DNA of 64,000 nucleotides from assembly GCA_027063225.1 (NCBI GenBank), contig JAMOSG010000022.1:53730-117729 (forward strand), given 5' to 3'. Positions 31,140-39,954 of the stretch are shown one piece after another (position 1 is the first letter of the stretch; each line of letters begins with the position of its first letter). The translations under genes and the position numbers were made by a program. This stretch comes from Helicobacteraceae bacterium. GTDB lineage: Bacteria; Campylobacterota; Campylobacteria; Campylobacterales; Sulfurimonadaceae. Below the pieces are notes generated by a model. It made no database searches, was not told where the DNA came from, and saw nothing but the letters and a program-made list of their open reading frames with translations.

Positions 31140-31855
31140 AAAAACCCCTTAAATGCTCTTTTTTTCTTTATAAAATCTATTGCCTGATCTATTTCAGATT
31201 GCGTAACATATGCTAATAACTCTTTTTGTATATAATTAAAATACTCAAATCTATCTTTTGTTTTTTTTTCAAATTTTCTAAAAACTTCCACTAAATAATA
31301 GTGTAAAAAATCGTAATGTTTTATATTGTACTCTTGTTTATCATCCCAATCAATTATATAGGTTTTCTCTGCATAAAGTAAGTTTGTTTTATGAAAATCT
31401 CCATGAGAAAATCCTAATGTATTATAAATTTCACAAGAGAGTGTAAAAATTTCATTAAACGAGTATTCTTTTGGATAACTCTTTATATGTTGAAAAACAC
31501 CTAAATTTTTATCTGCATAATAAAGATGAGGCAAAGTAAAGTTTTTAAAAGTGTAGTTATTAAAATTTTGGTAAAACTCTCCACTATAATCTGCATAAAT
31601 TGCAACATATTTTTGAGCAATATCTTGTATAATAATTTTATTGTGATGAAAAAAAACAATCCCATCTTCAAAATACTTTTGAAACTCTAAAGATACAATA
31701 TCTTGCAACTCTTTATATTGACTTTTATAGAAAAAGAATCTTATTCTATCTCGAAACGAGGGGTAAAGACTAAAGATATTTATATCTTTTGGAATTGCTA
31801 TAAAAGGTTGTTTTTTATAGAAAAAAAGCTTATATTGCATCACTTTTTTATCCAA
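31136..31855 (-). CDS. APH/choline-kinase-fold phosphotransferase
   Basis: SHGDFHKTNLL and IIDWD motifs. Confidence 0.75.
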   Translation of the reverse strand: MDKKVMQYKLFFYKKQPFIAIPKDINIFSLYPSFRDRIRFFFYKSQYKELQDIVSLEFQKYFEDGIVFFHHNKIIIQDIAQKYVAIYADYSGEFYQNFNNYTFKNFTLPHLYYADKNLGVFQHIKSYPKEYSFNEIFTLSCEIYNTLGFSHGDFHKTNLLYAEKTYIIDWDDKQEYNIKHYDFLHYYLVEVFRKFEKKTKDRFEYFNYIQKELLAYVTQSEIDQAIDFIKKKRAFKGFL

Positions 31856-32742
31856 TGGATAGCTTTATAGATATGCTTATAATGGTGCATATTAAAATAC
31901 CTTACATCAAGATTTGATAATCTTTTTTTAAACAAATAAATACCATCTTCACGCTTTGAGCGGTTATGTGGATTATACCCTACTGTATCAAAATACTTCA
32001 TCCCAATTTCATAAGATTTTTCTATTGCCCACCAGTTAAGATAGTGTAAAGCATTTATTTTATGCTTTTTTGCATAGTTTGCTACTGCTAAACCACCCCA
32101 ATTCATAGTATTACCATAATAAGACAAAATTGCAGTTGCAACCATAGTGTCATTTTTAAATACACCTATTGGAAAAAAATATTGCGATTGAATATAAAAT
32201 AAAAGATTATTCCTCCACCTTGTAGGAGAGATGAAAGCAAGGTTATCTCGTTGTTTTGCTTCATTTTTAATTTTTAAACTTTCATCAAAATCTTCTAAAG
32301 TTAACTCCCGTATTGTCAATATTTTTTTTGATTTTTTCACTTCATAACGTATTTTAGATTTATAACTTTTCCAAAGCTCATCTAAATCATAAATTTGGGT
32401 TATAAAGCTTCCCCACTCTTGTAATTGATAATGAAAATATTGATTAATCAATGCAGTATCACTAAACTCATAACCTAGTGAAAAATGTCTTAAACCTATA
32501 ATATCTCTATTTTGTAATAACTCTTGAAGTAATATACTATACTCTTTTAATACCTCTTGATGGGAGACATCTCCAAACAAAGGAGAATGGGAAGCTGTGA
32601 GATATTTTTTAAAAAAAATATCTTTTGTATAAATAATAAACTCTATACCATTTCTAGTATAGATCTCATACTCTATACCAAAAGAGTTTTTTTTAAACTC
32701 TAACCACTCTTTATTTGCTTCTATTGTTATAAACTTATTCAC
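31840..32742 (-). CDS. FemAB/GNAT-fold (amino)acyltransferase
   Basis: LWKSYKSKIRYEVKKS, LNWWAIE..G..YFD.G, GIYLFKK. Confidence 0.78.
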   Translation of the reverse strand: MNKFITIEANKEWLEFKKNSFGIEYEIYTRNGIEFIIYTKDIFFKKYLTASHSPLFGDVSHQEVLKEYSILLQELLQNRDIIGLRHFSLGYEFSDTALINQYFHYQLQEWGSFITQIYDLDELWKSYKSKIRYEVKKSKKILTIRELTLEDFDESLKIKNEAKQRDNLAFISPTRWRNNLLFYIQSQYFFPIGVFKNDTMVATAILSYYGNTMNWGGLAVANYAKKHKINALHYLNWWAIEKSYEIGMKYFDTVGYNPHNRSKREDGIYLFKKRLSNLDVRYFNMHHYKHIYKAIHWIKK

Positions 32743-33610
32743 TTACCACTTCTTTTAAATCTCTGTAAAGTTTTGTATCTATATCTTGTAAAATATGTAA
32801 TATTGCATCTAATTTATTATTTTGAATAATATCATAAGGATCAAAATAGTGCGTTAAAAATAAGTTGTTCTCTTGTATAAACTTCAAAGTTATTTCAAAC
32901 TCTTGAATAAATTTTTTATCATCTAAAATAAAAGGATTTTTCTTCCTTAACATATTCCAACTATCAAAAATAGCTAAAGGATAATGCATACTACACCCTG
33001 TTGGTATCTCTAAAATACCTTTATGCCAAAATGGAGCAGAAAACCCTTCTACCTCATTAGCTGCAGTGGAAGATGAATAAAAATAATTTAACTCTTTTAA
33101 AATATCATAAACACTCTCTGTATGCAAATTACCATAATGTGGTGTTCTAAAGCCAACTACTTCAATACCTAAAATATTATAAAACACCTCATGAGCTTTA
33201 TAAATCTCATCTTTTTGTTCTTGATAGGAAAGTTTATTAAAATATCTATTAGCAGCCCAATGAGGGTTATTTGGATGTGTATAGGTATGATTTATAATCT
33301 CATGCCCTTGTTCTACTGCTTTTTTATGTATATCTGGATACTTCTTGACAAATTTTCCAATAACAGCAAAACCAGCTTTAATATGGTATTGTTGTAGTTT
33401 ATCTAATAAAAGATCAAAAGCTTCAATATCACTTTCAAAATCAAAATCAAATGTTAAACTATATGTTGCTTTTTTAAATGGATTGTTCTGTTTTAAAAGG
33501 TATTGCTGAAAAAATAGTTCTGGATAACAATTGTGTATACAAGCCCTTTCTAACTTTTGAAGTATTTTATTTTTTGTTGGCTGCACAATAAAATTAGGAT
33601 ATCGCATCAA
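32735..33610 (-). CDS. polysaccharide deacetylase (CE4/NodB)
   Basis: LTFDFD, GHEIINHTYTH, GFRTP. Confidence 0.88.
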   Translation of the reverse strand: MMRYPNFIVQPTKNKILQKLERACIHNCYPELFFQQYLLKQNNPFKKATYSLTFDFDFESDIEAFDLLLDKLQQYHIKAGFAVIGKFVKKYPDIHKKAVEQGHEIINHTYTHPNNPHWAANRYFNKLSYQEQKDEIYKAHEVFYNILGIEVVGFRTPHYGNLHTESVYDILKELNYFYSSSTAANEVEGFSAPFWHKGILEIPTGCSMHYPLAIFDSWNMLRKKNPFILDDKKFIQEFEITLKFIQENNLFLTHYFDPYDIIQNNKLDAILHILQDIDTKLYRDLKEVVSE

Positions 33611-35304
33611 TTACCTTTAACTATTTTTCCATCTTCTAAATGGATAATTTTATTACATTTATCTAATGTTGAAATTCTATGTGCAATTATAATCATAGTT
33701 TTTTGTCTTGCTAAAGTATATATCTCTTGCATTATATTTTGTTCTGTTTTAGTATCTAATGCACTTGTTGCTTCATCTAAAATTAAAATTTCAGGATCAT
33801 TATAAAGTGCCCTTGCAATAGCAATACGTTGCTTTTGACCACCACTTAACTTAATACCATTTTCTCCAACTTGAGTATATATACCATCATTATGCTGTTC
33901 TAAAAACTCTAATATCTTTGCTTGTGCTAAAACCTCTTTCACTCTTTGTTCATCTGGTGCTTCTAAAAATGCAACATTACTTGCTATAGTACCATCTGCT
34001 AAATAGATAGACTGAGGAATATATCCTATCTTTCTACGCCACGATTTTAAATTTGATTTTGAAAGCTCTACACCATCAACAACAATAGAACCTTTTAATG
34101 GTTGATAAAGCCCTATAAGTAAATCAACAAGAGTAGATTTTCCACTCCCACTCTCCCCTACAATACCAACTTTCTCCCCTTTTTTTATCACTAAAGAAAT
34201 ATCCTCTAAAACATTTTTTTTACCATCATAACTAAAAAAGATATGTTGCAATTGTATCTCTTGAGAAAAAGAGATGGTTTTATCTTTTAAACCTTCATTT
34301 TCATATAAAAGCTCATTATGCACAATATCTAAAGATTTGGAAAAAAATAATATTTGATTATAAGATGTAAAAATTCTATTAACACTTGGCAAAAGTCTAT
34401 ATAAACCAAGAACAAATACCATCAATAATGGTAAAGCCCCTTGTATATCTTGTTGATATTTCATAAGTAAATAGATAATAATAATAGTAACTAAACTAAA
34501 TCCCAACATCTCTAAAAATAATCGAGGAAATTGACTTAACGTCGCACTTTTACTTTTTGCAGTTGCATATCCAGAACTAAACTGTGCAAAATGTTGTAAT
34601 ACTTCTTCATCTTTATCTTTTAATTTTATAATTTTATAATTTCCAAATGAAGCAGTAAGAATTTCATAAAAATTTTTTTGAAATTCTGCACGCTCTTCAC
34701 CAGCTTTTTTAATTTTAAAAGAAACAAAAAAACGCAATAAAAGAACATTAATGCCTAAAAAGAATGTCAATAAAAATGTCATTTTCCAATTAACTAGAAG
34801 CAACATACCATACACAAAAATAAGAACAAAAATTTCACTACTCATAAACAATGCAAAAGAGATTAACTGAACAACATTACTTGCCTCATCTACTATATTT
34901 TTTGTCAAAAAAGAGGAGTTTTTTCCTATAAAGTGATGATAATGCATCCCCATATAATTTTCAAATAACTTATAGGCTATAACATGATATCTACCTTGAG
35001 CAAAATGATTAAGAATATAAAAATATATATAATTAACAACAGCTCTAAAAATATAAAAAACAACTAGAAAAAATCCAAATGAAACAACAAACTCTAAAGG
35101 TGATTTAAATGCAAACATATTATATAAAAAAAGAAAATACTCGTTTGATTGAACTTTAGAAAAATCACTCGCTAGAGAGATAAAAGGCATAATAAGCCCA
35201 ACACCTATAGTCTCTATTAATGAAATAAAAATGGATAATAAAAGTAAGACAATTAAAAAACGTTTATCTTTACGTGAAAGCAAAAAAGATAATTTTTTTA
35301 ACAC
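33607..35304 (-). CDS. pglK: lipid-linked oligosaccharide ABC flippase PglK
   Basis: TM domain with external-helix region, YRLLPSVNRI; GESGSGKST, LSGGQKQR, DEATSALD. Confidence 0.9.
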   Translation of the reverse strand: MLKKLSFLLSRKDKRFLIVLLLLSIFISLIETIGVGLIMPFISLASDFSKVQSNEYFLFLYNMFAFKSPLEFVVSFGFFLVVFYIFRAVVNYIYFYILNHFAQGRYHVIAYKLFENYMGMHYHHFIGKNSSFLTKNIVDEASNVVQLISFALFMSSEIFVLIFVYGMLLLVNWKMTFLLTFFLGINVLLLRFFVSFKIKKAGEERAEFQKNFYEILTASFGNYKIIKLKDKDEEVLQHFAQFSSGYATAKSKSATLSQFPRLFLEMLGFSLVTIIIIYLLMKYQQDIQGALPLLMVFVLGLYRLLPSVNRIFTSYNQILFFSKSLDIVHNELLYENEGLKDKTISFSQEIQLQHIFFSYDGKKNVLEDISLVIKKGEKVGIVGESGSGKSTLVDLLIGLYQPLKGSIVVDGVELSKSNLKSWRRKIGYIPQSIYLADGTIASNVAFLEAPDEQRVKEVLAQAKILEFLEQHNDGIYTQVGENGIKLSGGQKQRIAIARALYNDPEILILDEATSALDTKTEQNIMQEIYTLARQKTMIIIAHRISTLDKCNKIIHLEDGKIVKGN

Positions 35305-35307
35305 TCT

Positions 35308-36552
35308 CTAAAGTCTCCCATCAACATCATCAAGCACAGCTTTTATATCAAACACCACTTGATTCTTATTTTTAAACTCTAAACCTTTATACTCATTATG
35401 AGCAACAGCTAAAACAATAGCATTATATTCATCATAGTTTGGCTTTTGTATGAGTTCTAACTTATATTCTCTTTGTACTTCATCTTTATCTGCCCAATAA
35501 TCTGTTACATCAACATTGCATCCAAACTCTTTTAGTTCTTGTATTACATCAATAACCCGTGAATTTCTAATATCTGGACAATTCTCTTTAAAAGTTATTC
35601 CAAGAACAAGTACCTTTGCACCCTCTATTTTATGCCCTTTTTTAATCAGAAGCTTTATCACTTGATTAGCTACGTAGATCCCCATATTATCATTAAGTCT
35701 TCTTCCAGCTAAAATAATCTCTGGATTATACCCAACCTCTTGAGCTTTATATGTTAAGTAGTATGGATCAACCCCAATACAATGTCCACCAACAAGACCT
35801 GGTTTAAATGGTAAAAAGTTCCATTTAGTCCCTGCAGCTTCAAGCACTGCATTAGTATCAATTCCTAGTTTATTAAAAATAAGTGCCAATTCATTTACAA
35901 ATGCAATATTTATATCTCTTTGAGAGTTTTCTATAACTTTAGCAGCTTCTGCTACTTTTATACTAGGAGCTAAATGTGTTCCAGCAGTTATTATACTTGC
36001 ATATAAATCATCTACTTTTTTAGCAATCTGTGGTGTACTACCACTTGTTACTTTTAAAATCTTTGTAACAGTGTGTTCTTTATCTCCTGGGTTAATTCTC
36101 TCAGGGGAGTATCCACAAAAGAAATCTTTATTAAATTTCAATCCACTCTCACGCTCTAATATTGGTACACAATCCTCTTCAGTTGCTCCTGGATACACAG
36201 TAGATTCATAAATAACAATATCATCTTTTTTAAGAATTTTTCCAACAGACTCACTCGCTTTTAAAAGTGGTGTTAAATCTGGCTTTTTATGTTTATCTAT
36301 TGGTGTTGGAACTGTTACAATGTAGATATTACACTCTTTAATATCCTCTAGCTTATTAGTAAACTCCATTCCATTACCAATTGCTTCTTTTACTTGAGCT
36401 TCATCTAATTCTAGAGTTCTGTCATATCCACTTTTTAACTCATCTATACGCTTTTTGGCTATATCAAAGCCTATCACTTTATATTTTGAGCTAAAAGCAT
36501 GAGCTAGTGGGAGGCCTACATAACCTAGACCTATAATTGCAACAGTATCCAC
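35308..36552 (-). CDS. UDP-N-acetylhexosamine 6-dehydrogenase (TviB/WbpO family)
   Basis: [35 protein letters not shown]. Confidence 0.93.
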   Translation of the reverse strand: MDTVAIIGLGYVGLPLAHAFSSKYKVIGFDIAKKRIDELKSGYDRTLELDEAQVKEAIGNGMEFTNKLEDIKECNIYIVTVPTPIDKHKKPDLTPLLKASESVGKILKKDDIVIYESTVYPGATEEDCVPILERESGLKFNKDFFCGYSPERINPGDKEHTVTKILKVTSGSTPQIAKKVDDLYASIITAGTHLAPSIKVAEAAKVIENSQRDINIAFVNELALIFNKLGIDTNAVLEAAGTKWNFLPFKPGLVGGHCIGVDPYYLTYKAQEVGYNPEIILAGRRLNDNMGIYVANQVIKLLIKKGHKIEGAKVLVLGITFKENCPDIRNSRVIDVIQELKEFGCNVDVTDYWADKDEVQREYKLELIQKPNYDEYNAIVLAVAHNEYKGLEFKNKNQVVFDIKAVLDDVDGRL

Positions 36553-37767
36553 TTAACTCTTCTCTTGTTTTAACTTCTCTTTTAAAATAATCTTTCCAGC
36601 TTCAACACCCGGTTGATCATATGCATCTATATACATAAATTTTGCAGTAACAGAAGTTAAAAGCTCATACTCATACATAAGCCCTGCAATAGCTCTTTCA
36701 CAAATTCCATCTATCACAATTACATCACACGGGATGTCATTTAAATTATTTATAGCTTCAATTGTAGCATCAGCCTGTTTATTAATTAAATCTGAAAACT
36801 CAATACCATTGAGATAATCCAACTCCTCTAGTCCTTCTAAAGTTACATCAGGTATAGCACAATTACTATTGAAGTTTTCTACTTTAATAACAGTTATAGT
36901 TTTATCACGACGCCCTTCAACAATAAGTTGTAAAAAAGAGTGTTGATCAATTGGGCCAATAATCCCAATTGGTGTTAAACCTTGGTTTGAATTGTTTACA
37001 TCAATTTTTCCTAAAGATTCACCCCAAAGTTGTACATACCATTTGTTAAATCCCTCTAAACGTGAAGAGTATGTAAAAAGTACATTTATATTAAATTTAT
37101 TTTTAAACTCCACAAAAAAACGTGCTTTTTTCATAATACGTTTATACTCTTCACCTTTATTAAAAAAGGCATCGTGTATCTCTTGTGCACCACCTAAAAG
37201 AGCATCTATATCTATACCAACAATCGCTAACGGTAAAAGTCCAACAGCACTAAAAACAGAAAAACGCCCACCAACATTTTTTGGAATCTCAAATGTTTTC
37301 ATACCATGAATTTGTGCATAACTATTTAGTTTTGAATCATTTTCAGTAATAATTAAAGTATTATTTCTATCTATCTTTACAAGTGTATGTAAAAACTTAA
37401 AAATAGATACAGTTTCAACAGTTGTTCCAGATTTAGAGATAACAATAAACAAAGTATCTTCTAAATCTACATTCTCAATTTTAGAGCGAATATCAATAGG
37501 ATCTGTAGTTTCTAAAAAATAGAGTTTTTTCTCTAAAGGACGAGAGTGTTTTAGGTATTTATAAATCGCATATGTACCAAGTGAACTTCCACCAATTCCT
37601 ATAACAACAATATATTTTTGTTTAACAGTTTTTGCATATTCTTTAATTTGAGTTGTATCTTGAAATGGAAGGTTATAATACCCTCTTACTTTTTTCTCTT
37701 CTATAATATTTTGAAAAACCTTATCGTTAGAGAGAGTTGGGTTAAAGTTATCACTATATTGCATCAT
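36553..37767 (-). CDS. pgi: glucose-6-phosphate isomerase
   Basis: GIGGSSLG, SKSGTT.ET, GGRFSV, QLWGESLGK, DQPGVE.GK. Confidence 0.95.
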   Translation of the reverse strand: MMQYSDNFNPTLSNDKVFQNIIEEKKVRGYYNLPFQDTTQIKEYAKTVKQKYIVVIGIGGSSLGTYAIYKYLKHSRPLEKKLYFLETTDPIDIRSKIENVDLEDTLFIVISKSGTTVETVSIFKFLHTLVKIDRNNTLIITENDSKLNSYAQIHGMKTFEIPKNVGGRFSVFSAVGLLPLAIVGIDIDALLGGAQEIHDAFFNKGEEYKRIMKKARFFVEFKNKFNINVLFTYSSRLEGFNKWYVQLWGESLGKIDVNNSNQGLTPIGIIGPIDQHSFLQLIVEGRRDKTITVIKVENFNSNCAIPDVTLEGLEELDYLNGIEFSDLINKQADATIEAINNLNDIPCDVIVIDGICERAIAGLMYEYELLTSVTAKFMYIDAYDQPGVEAGKIILKEKLKQEKS

Positions 37768-37768
37768 C

Positions 37769-38050
37769 TTACCTTTGTTTATATAAAAATACAGGGTATT
37801 TTACCCTATTATCTTGAAATTCATATTGAAAAACAATATTTTTACCAATTTTTGGTATAAAATGTTTTCTTTGGTAGTTATTTAAACCATTTTCAATTTT
37901 TACAATATCGCCATTTTTACGTTTACACATAAATGCAGCTAAAATATTTTTCCCAACTGCTTGTCTATGTCCAATTACAACACAACTTTCTTGTATTGGT
38001 TTTGCAAATAGACTACTAAAAAAGAAGAGTAGCACTATAAAGTTTTTCAT
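37769..38050 (-). CDS. secreted protein resembling the OB domain of ATP-dependent DNA ligase
   Basis: Signal peptide MKNFIVLLFFFSSLFA; CVVIGH..GK..LAAFMCK..NG...KI.NGL....R....PKIG..I.FQY......KYPVFL. Confidence 0.65.
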   Translation of the reverse strand: MKNFIVLLFFFSSLFAKPIQESCVVIGHRQAVGKNILAAFMCKRKNGDIVKIENGLNNYQRKHFIPKIGKNIVFQYEFQDNRVKYPVFLYKQR

Positions 38051-38840
38051 ATTTTTCTATCTTTAATTCATACTGGAGTGTCTCTTTTTTATGCTTTTTA
38101 GCACCTTTGCAAAGAAGTTTTAATTTTTTTAAAATAATTTTTAAAACCTCTTTTTTCCTTTTTGTAACCTCTAAATGTTTCTCTAGTGCATAGACTCTAA
38201 ATCTATCCATACCCCAATATTTTGTACTTAACTGGTCATTTGCACCACCATATTTTTTGCAAAGTGACTCATTTAAAAGTTTTACACTACTAAATTCATT
38301 GACTCTCAACCATAAATCGTAATCTTCACAAACCTCTAAAGTGGTATCAAACCCACTATATTTCAAAAAACATCTTTTTGTAATCACAACAGAGGATGGT
38401 GCAATATTGCAATACTCTAAATTTTCTAAAAAAATATCTTTACCAATTTTTTGAAATTTTTTTGGAATATTTATTTTATTACCATCTTTTATCCACTCTT
38501 CAGCAGTATAGCTCATACAAATATTTTCATTTTTATGAAGCTTTAGTTGTTTTTGAAGTTTTGTTTTTTCCCATTCATCATCTGAATCTAAAAAAGCAAT
38601 AAGCTCCCCTTTGGCAAGGCTAACACCAAAGTTACGTGAAAAACTCACTCCTCTATTTTGAGGGAGTTTTTTATATATAATATTTGGAAAATTTTGTTGT
38701 ACTTTTGAAGTTTCATCATTTGAAGCATCATCAACCACTATCACCTCAAAAGGTAAGAATGTTTGAGAAAAAACAGATTTAAGTGCACGTTGAAGTTGAT
38801 TGTAGCGATTATATGTTGGAATAACAACACTAATTCGCAC
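38016..38840 (-). CDS. GT2 glycosyltransferase
   Basis: SVVIPTYNR, VVDDAS, FLDSDD, CEDYDLWLR. Confidence 0.9.
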   Translation of the reverse strand: MRISVVIPTYNRYNQLQRALKSVFSQTFLPFEVIVVDDASNDETSKVQQNFPNIIYKKLPQNRGVSFSRNFGVSLAKGELIAFLDSDDEWEKTKLQKQLKLHKNENICMSYTAEEWIKDGNKINIPKKFQKIGKDIFLENLEYCNIAPSSVVITKRCFLKYSGFDTTLEVCEDYDLWLRVNEFSSVKLLNESLCKKYGGANDQLSTKYWGMDRFRVYALEKHLEVTKRKKEVLKIILKKLKLLCKGAKKHKKETLQYELKIEKYEKLYSATLLF

Positions 38841-38841
38841 C

Positions 38842-39888
38842 CTACCAAACCTTTAATTCATTATATAAACTATCTCTCTCTACAGGTGTGAACCCACTAT
38901 CTTTAATAAGCCCTACAAACTCATCTAACGCCATACCATTTGCACTTTTTGCACCAGCAGCAGAGTTAATAGACTCTTTTTCTATCGTTCCATCTAAATC
39001 GTTTGCACCAAACTCTTGTGCAACAAGCGCTAAATTGATTGTAGAAGTAACCCAATACGCTTTTAAATTTGGAACATTATCTAAAACTAAACGTGAAACT
39101 GCCATTGTACGTAAGATCTCATTAGCTGTAACTGCACGCTCCACTTTTAAGTAGTTATTTTGTGTTTGATATACTAGAGGGATAAAACAGTTAAATCCAC
39201 CTGTTTGTTCTTGAAGTTCACGAATTCTCAGCATATGATCAATTCTATGTTCACGACTCTCAATATGCCCAAAAAGCATTGTTACATTACTTTTTTTGCC
39301 ACGCTCATGCCATTTTCTATGTATCTCAAACCATTGATCTGATGTCACTTTACCTTTACAGATAAAATCTCTTATTTTTTCATCAAAAATCTCAGCTCCC
39401 CCACCAGGCATAGAATCAACCCCATTTTTCACCATTAAATCTAAAATTTCATCATAACTTTTACCATAATGACGAGATAAAAAATCAACCTCAGCAGCAG
39501 TTAATGCTTTTACATGAATATGTGGAAACTGCTCTTTAATTTTTCTAAAAATAGAAAGGTACCAATCAAGTCCAGTATCTGGATTGTGAGCTGAAACTAT
39601 ATGCACCTCTTTTGCTCCACGTGCATCTACATCTGCTACAATTTTTAAAATCTCTTCATGGCTCATTGTATAAGGATTTGGATTTTTTCTATTTGCTGAA
39701 TATGCACAAAATTTACAAACATCTGCACAAATATTTGTTGGATTGATATGGCGATTTATATTAAAATAACTCTTTTTTCCATGAAGCTCTTTTCTTTTGG
39801 CATCTGCTAATTTCGCTAATTCAAAAAAATCCATATCGTACAGTTCTAACGCTTCTTGCATAGAAAAGCTCTTGTTTTGCATACTCAA
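38842..39888 (-). CDS. mqnE: aminofutalosine synthase MqnE (radical SAM)
   Basis: NRHINPTNICADVCKFC, MPGGGAEIF, TMLFGHIE, KAYW, FGANDLDGT. Confidence 0.92.
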   Translation of the reverse strand: MSMQNKSFSMQEALELYDMDFFELAKLADAKRKELHGKKSYFNINRHINPTNICADVCKFCAYSANRKNPNPYTMSHEEILKIVADVDARGAKEVHIVSAHNPDTGLDWYLSIFRKIKEQFPHIHVKALTAAEVDFLSRHYGKSYDEILDLMVKNGVDSMPGGGAEIFDEKIRDFICKGKVTSDQWFEIHRKWHERGKKSNVTMLFGHIESREHRIDHMLRIRELQEQTGGFNCFIPLVYQTQNNYLKVERAVTANEILRTMAVSRLVLDNVPNLKAYWVTSTINLALVAQEFGANDLDGTIEKESINSAAGAKSANGMALDEFVGLIKDSGFTPVERDSLYNELKVW

Positions 39889-39905
39889 CTACCTTTTTTT
39901 TCGCA

Positions 39906-39929
39906 ATTATAGCAAATTTGTATTATAAT
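39906..39929. promoter_or_regulatory. back-to-back -10 elements for mqnE (minus) and glnD (plus)
   Basis: Perfect TGCTATAAT on minus strand (39914-39906); TATAAT on plus strand (39924-39929). Confidence 0.65.
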
Positions 39930-39954
39930 TGTTAAAAACTGCACAAGGTGCACA

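Noticed and set aside
38016-38840. GT2 as pglI
   Set aside because: Separated from the pgl core by pgi and the OB-domain gene; no specific PglI evidence.
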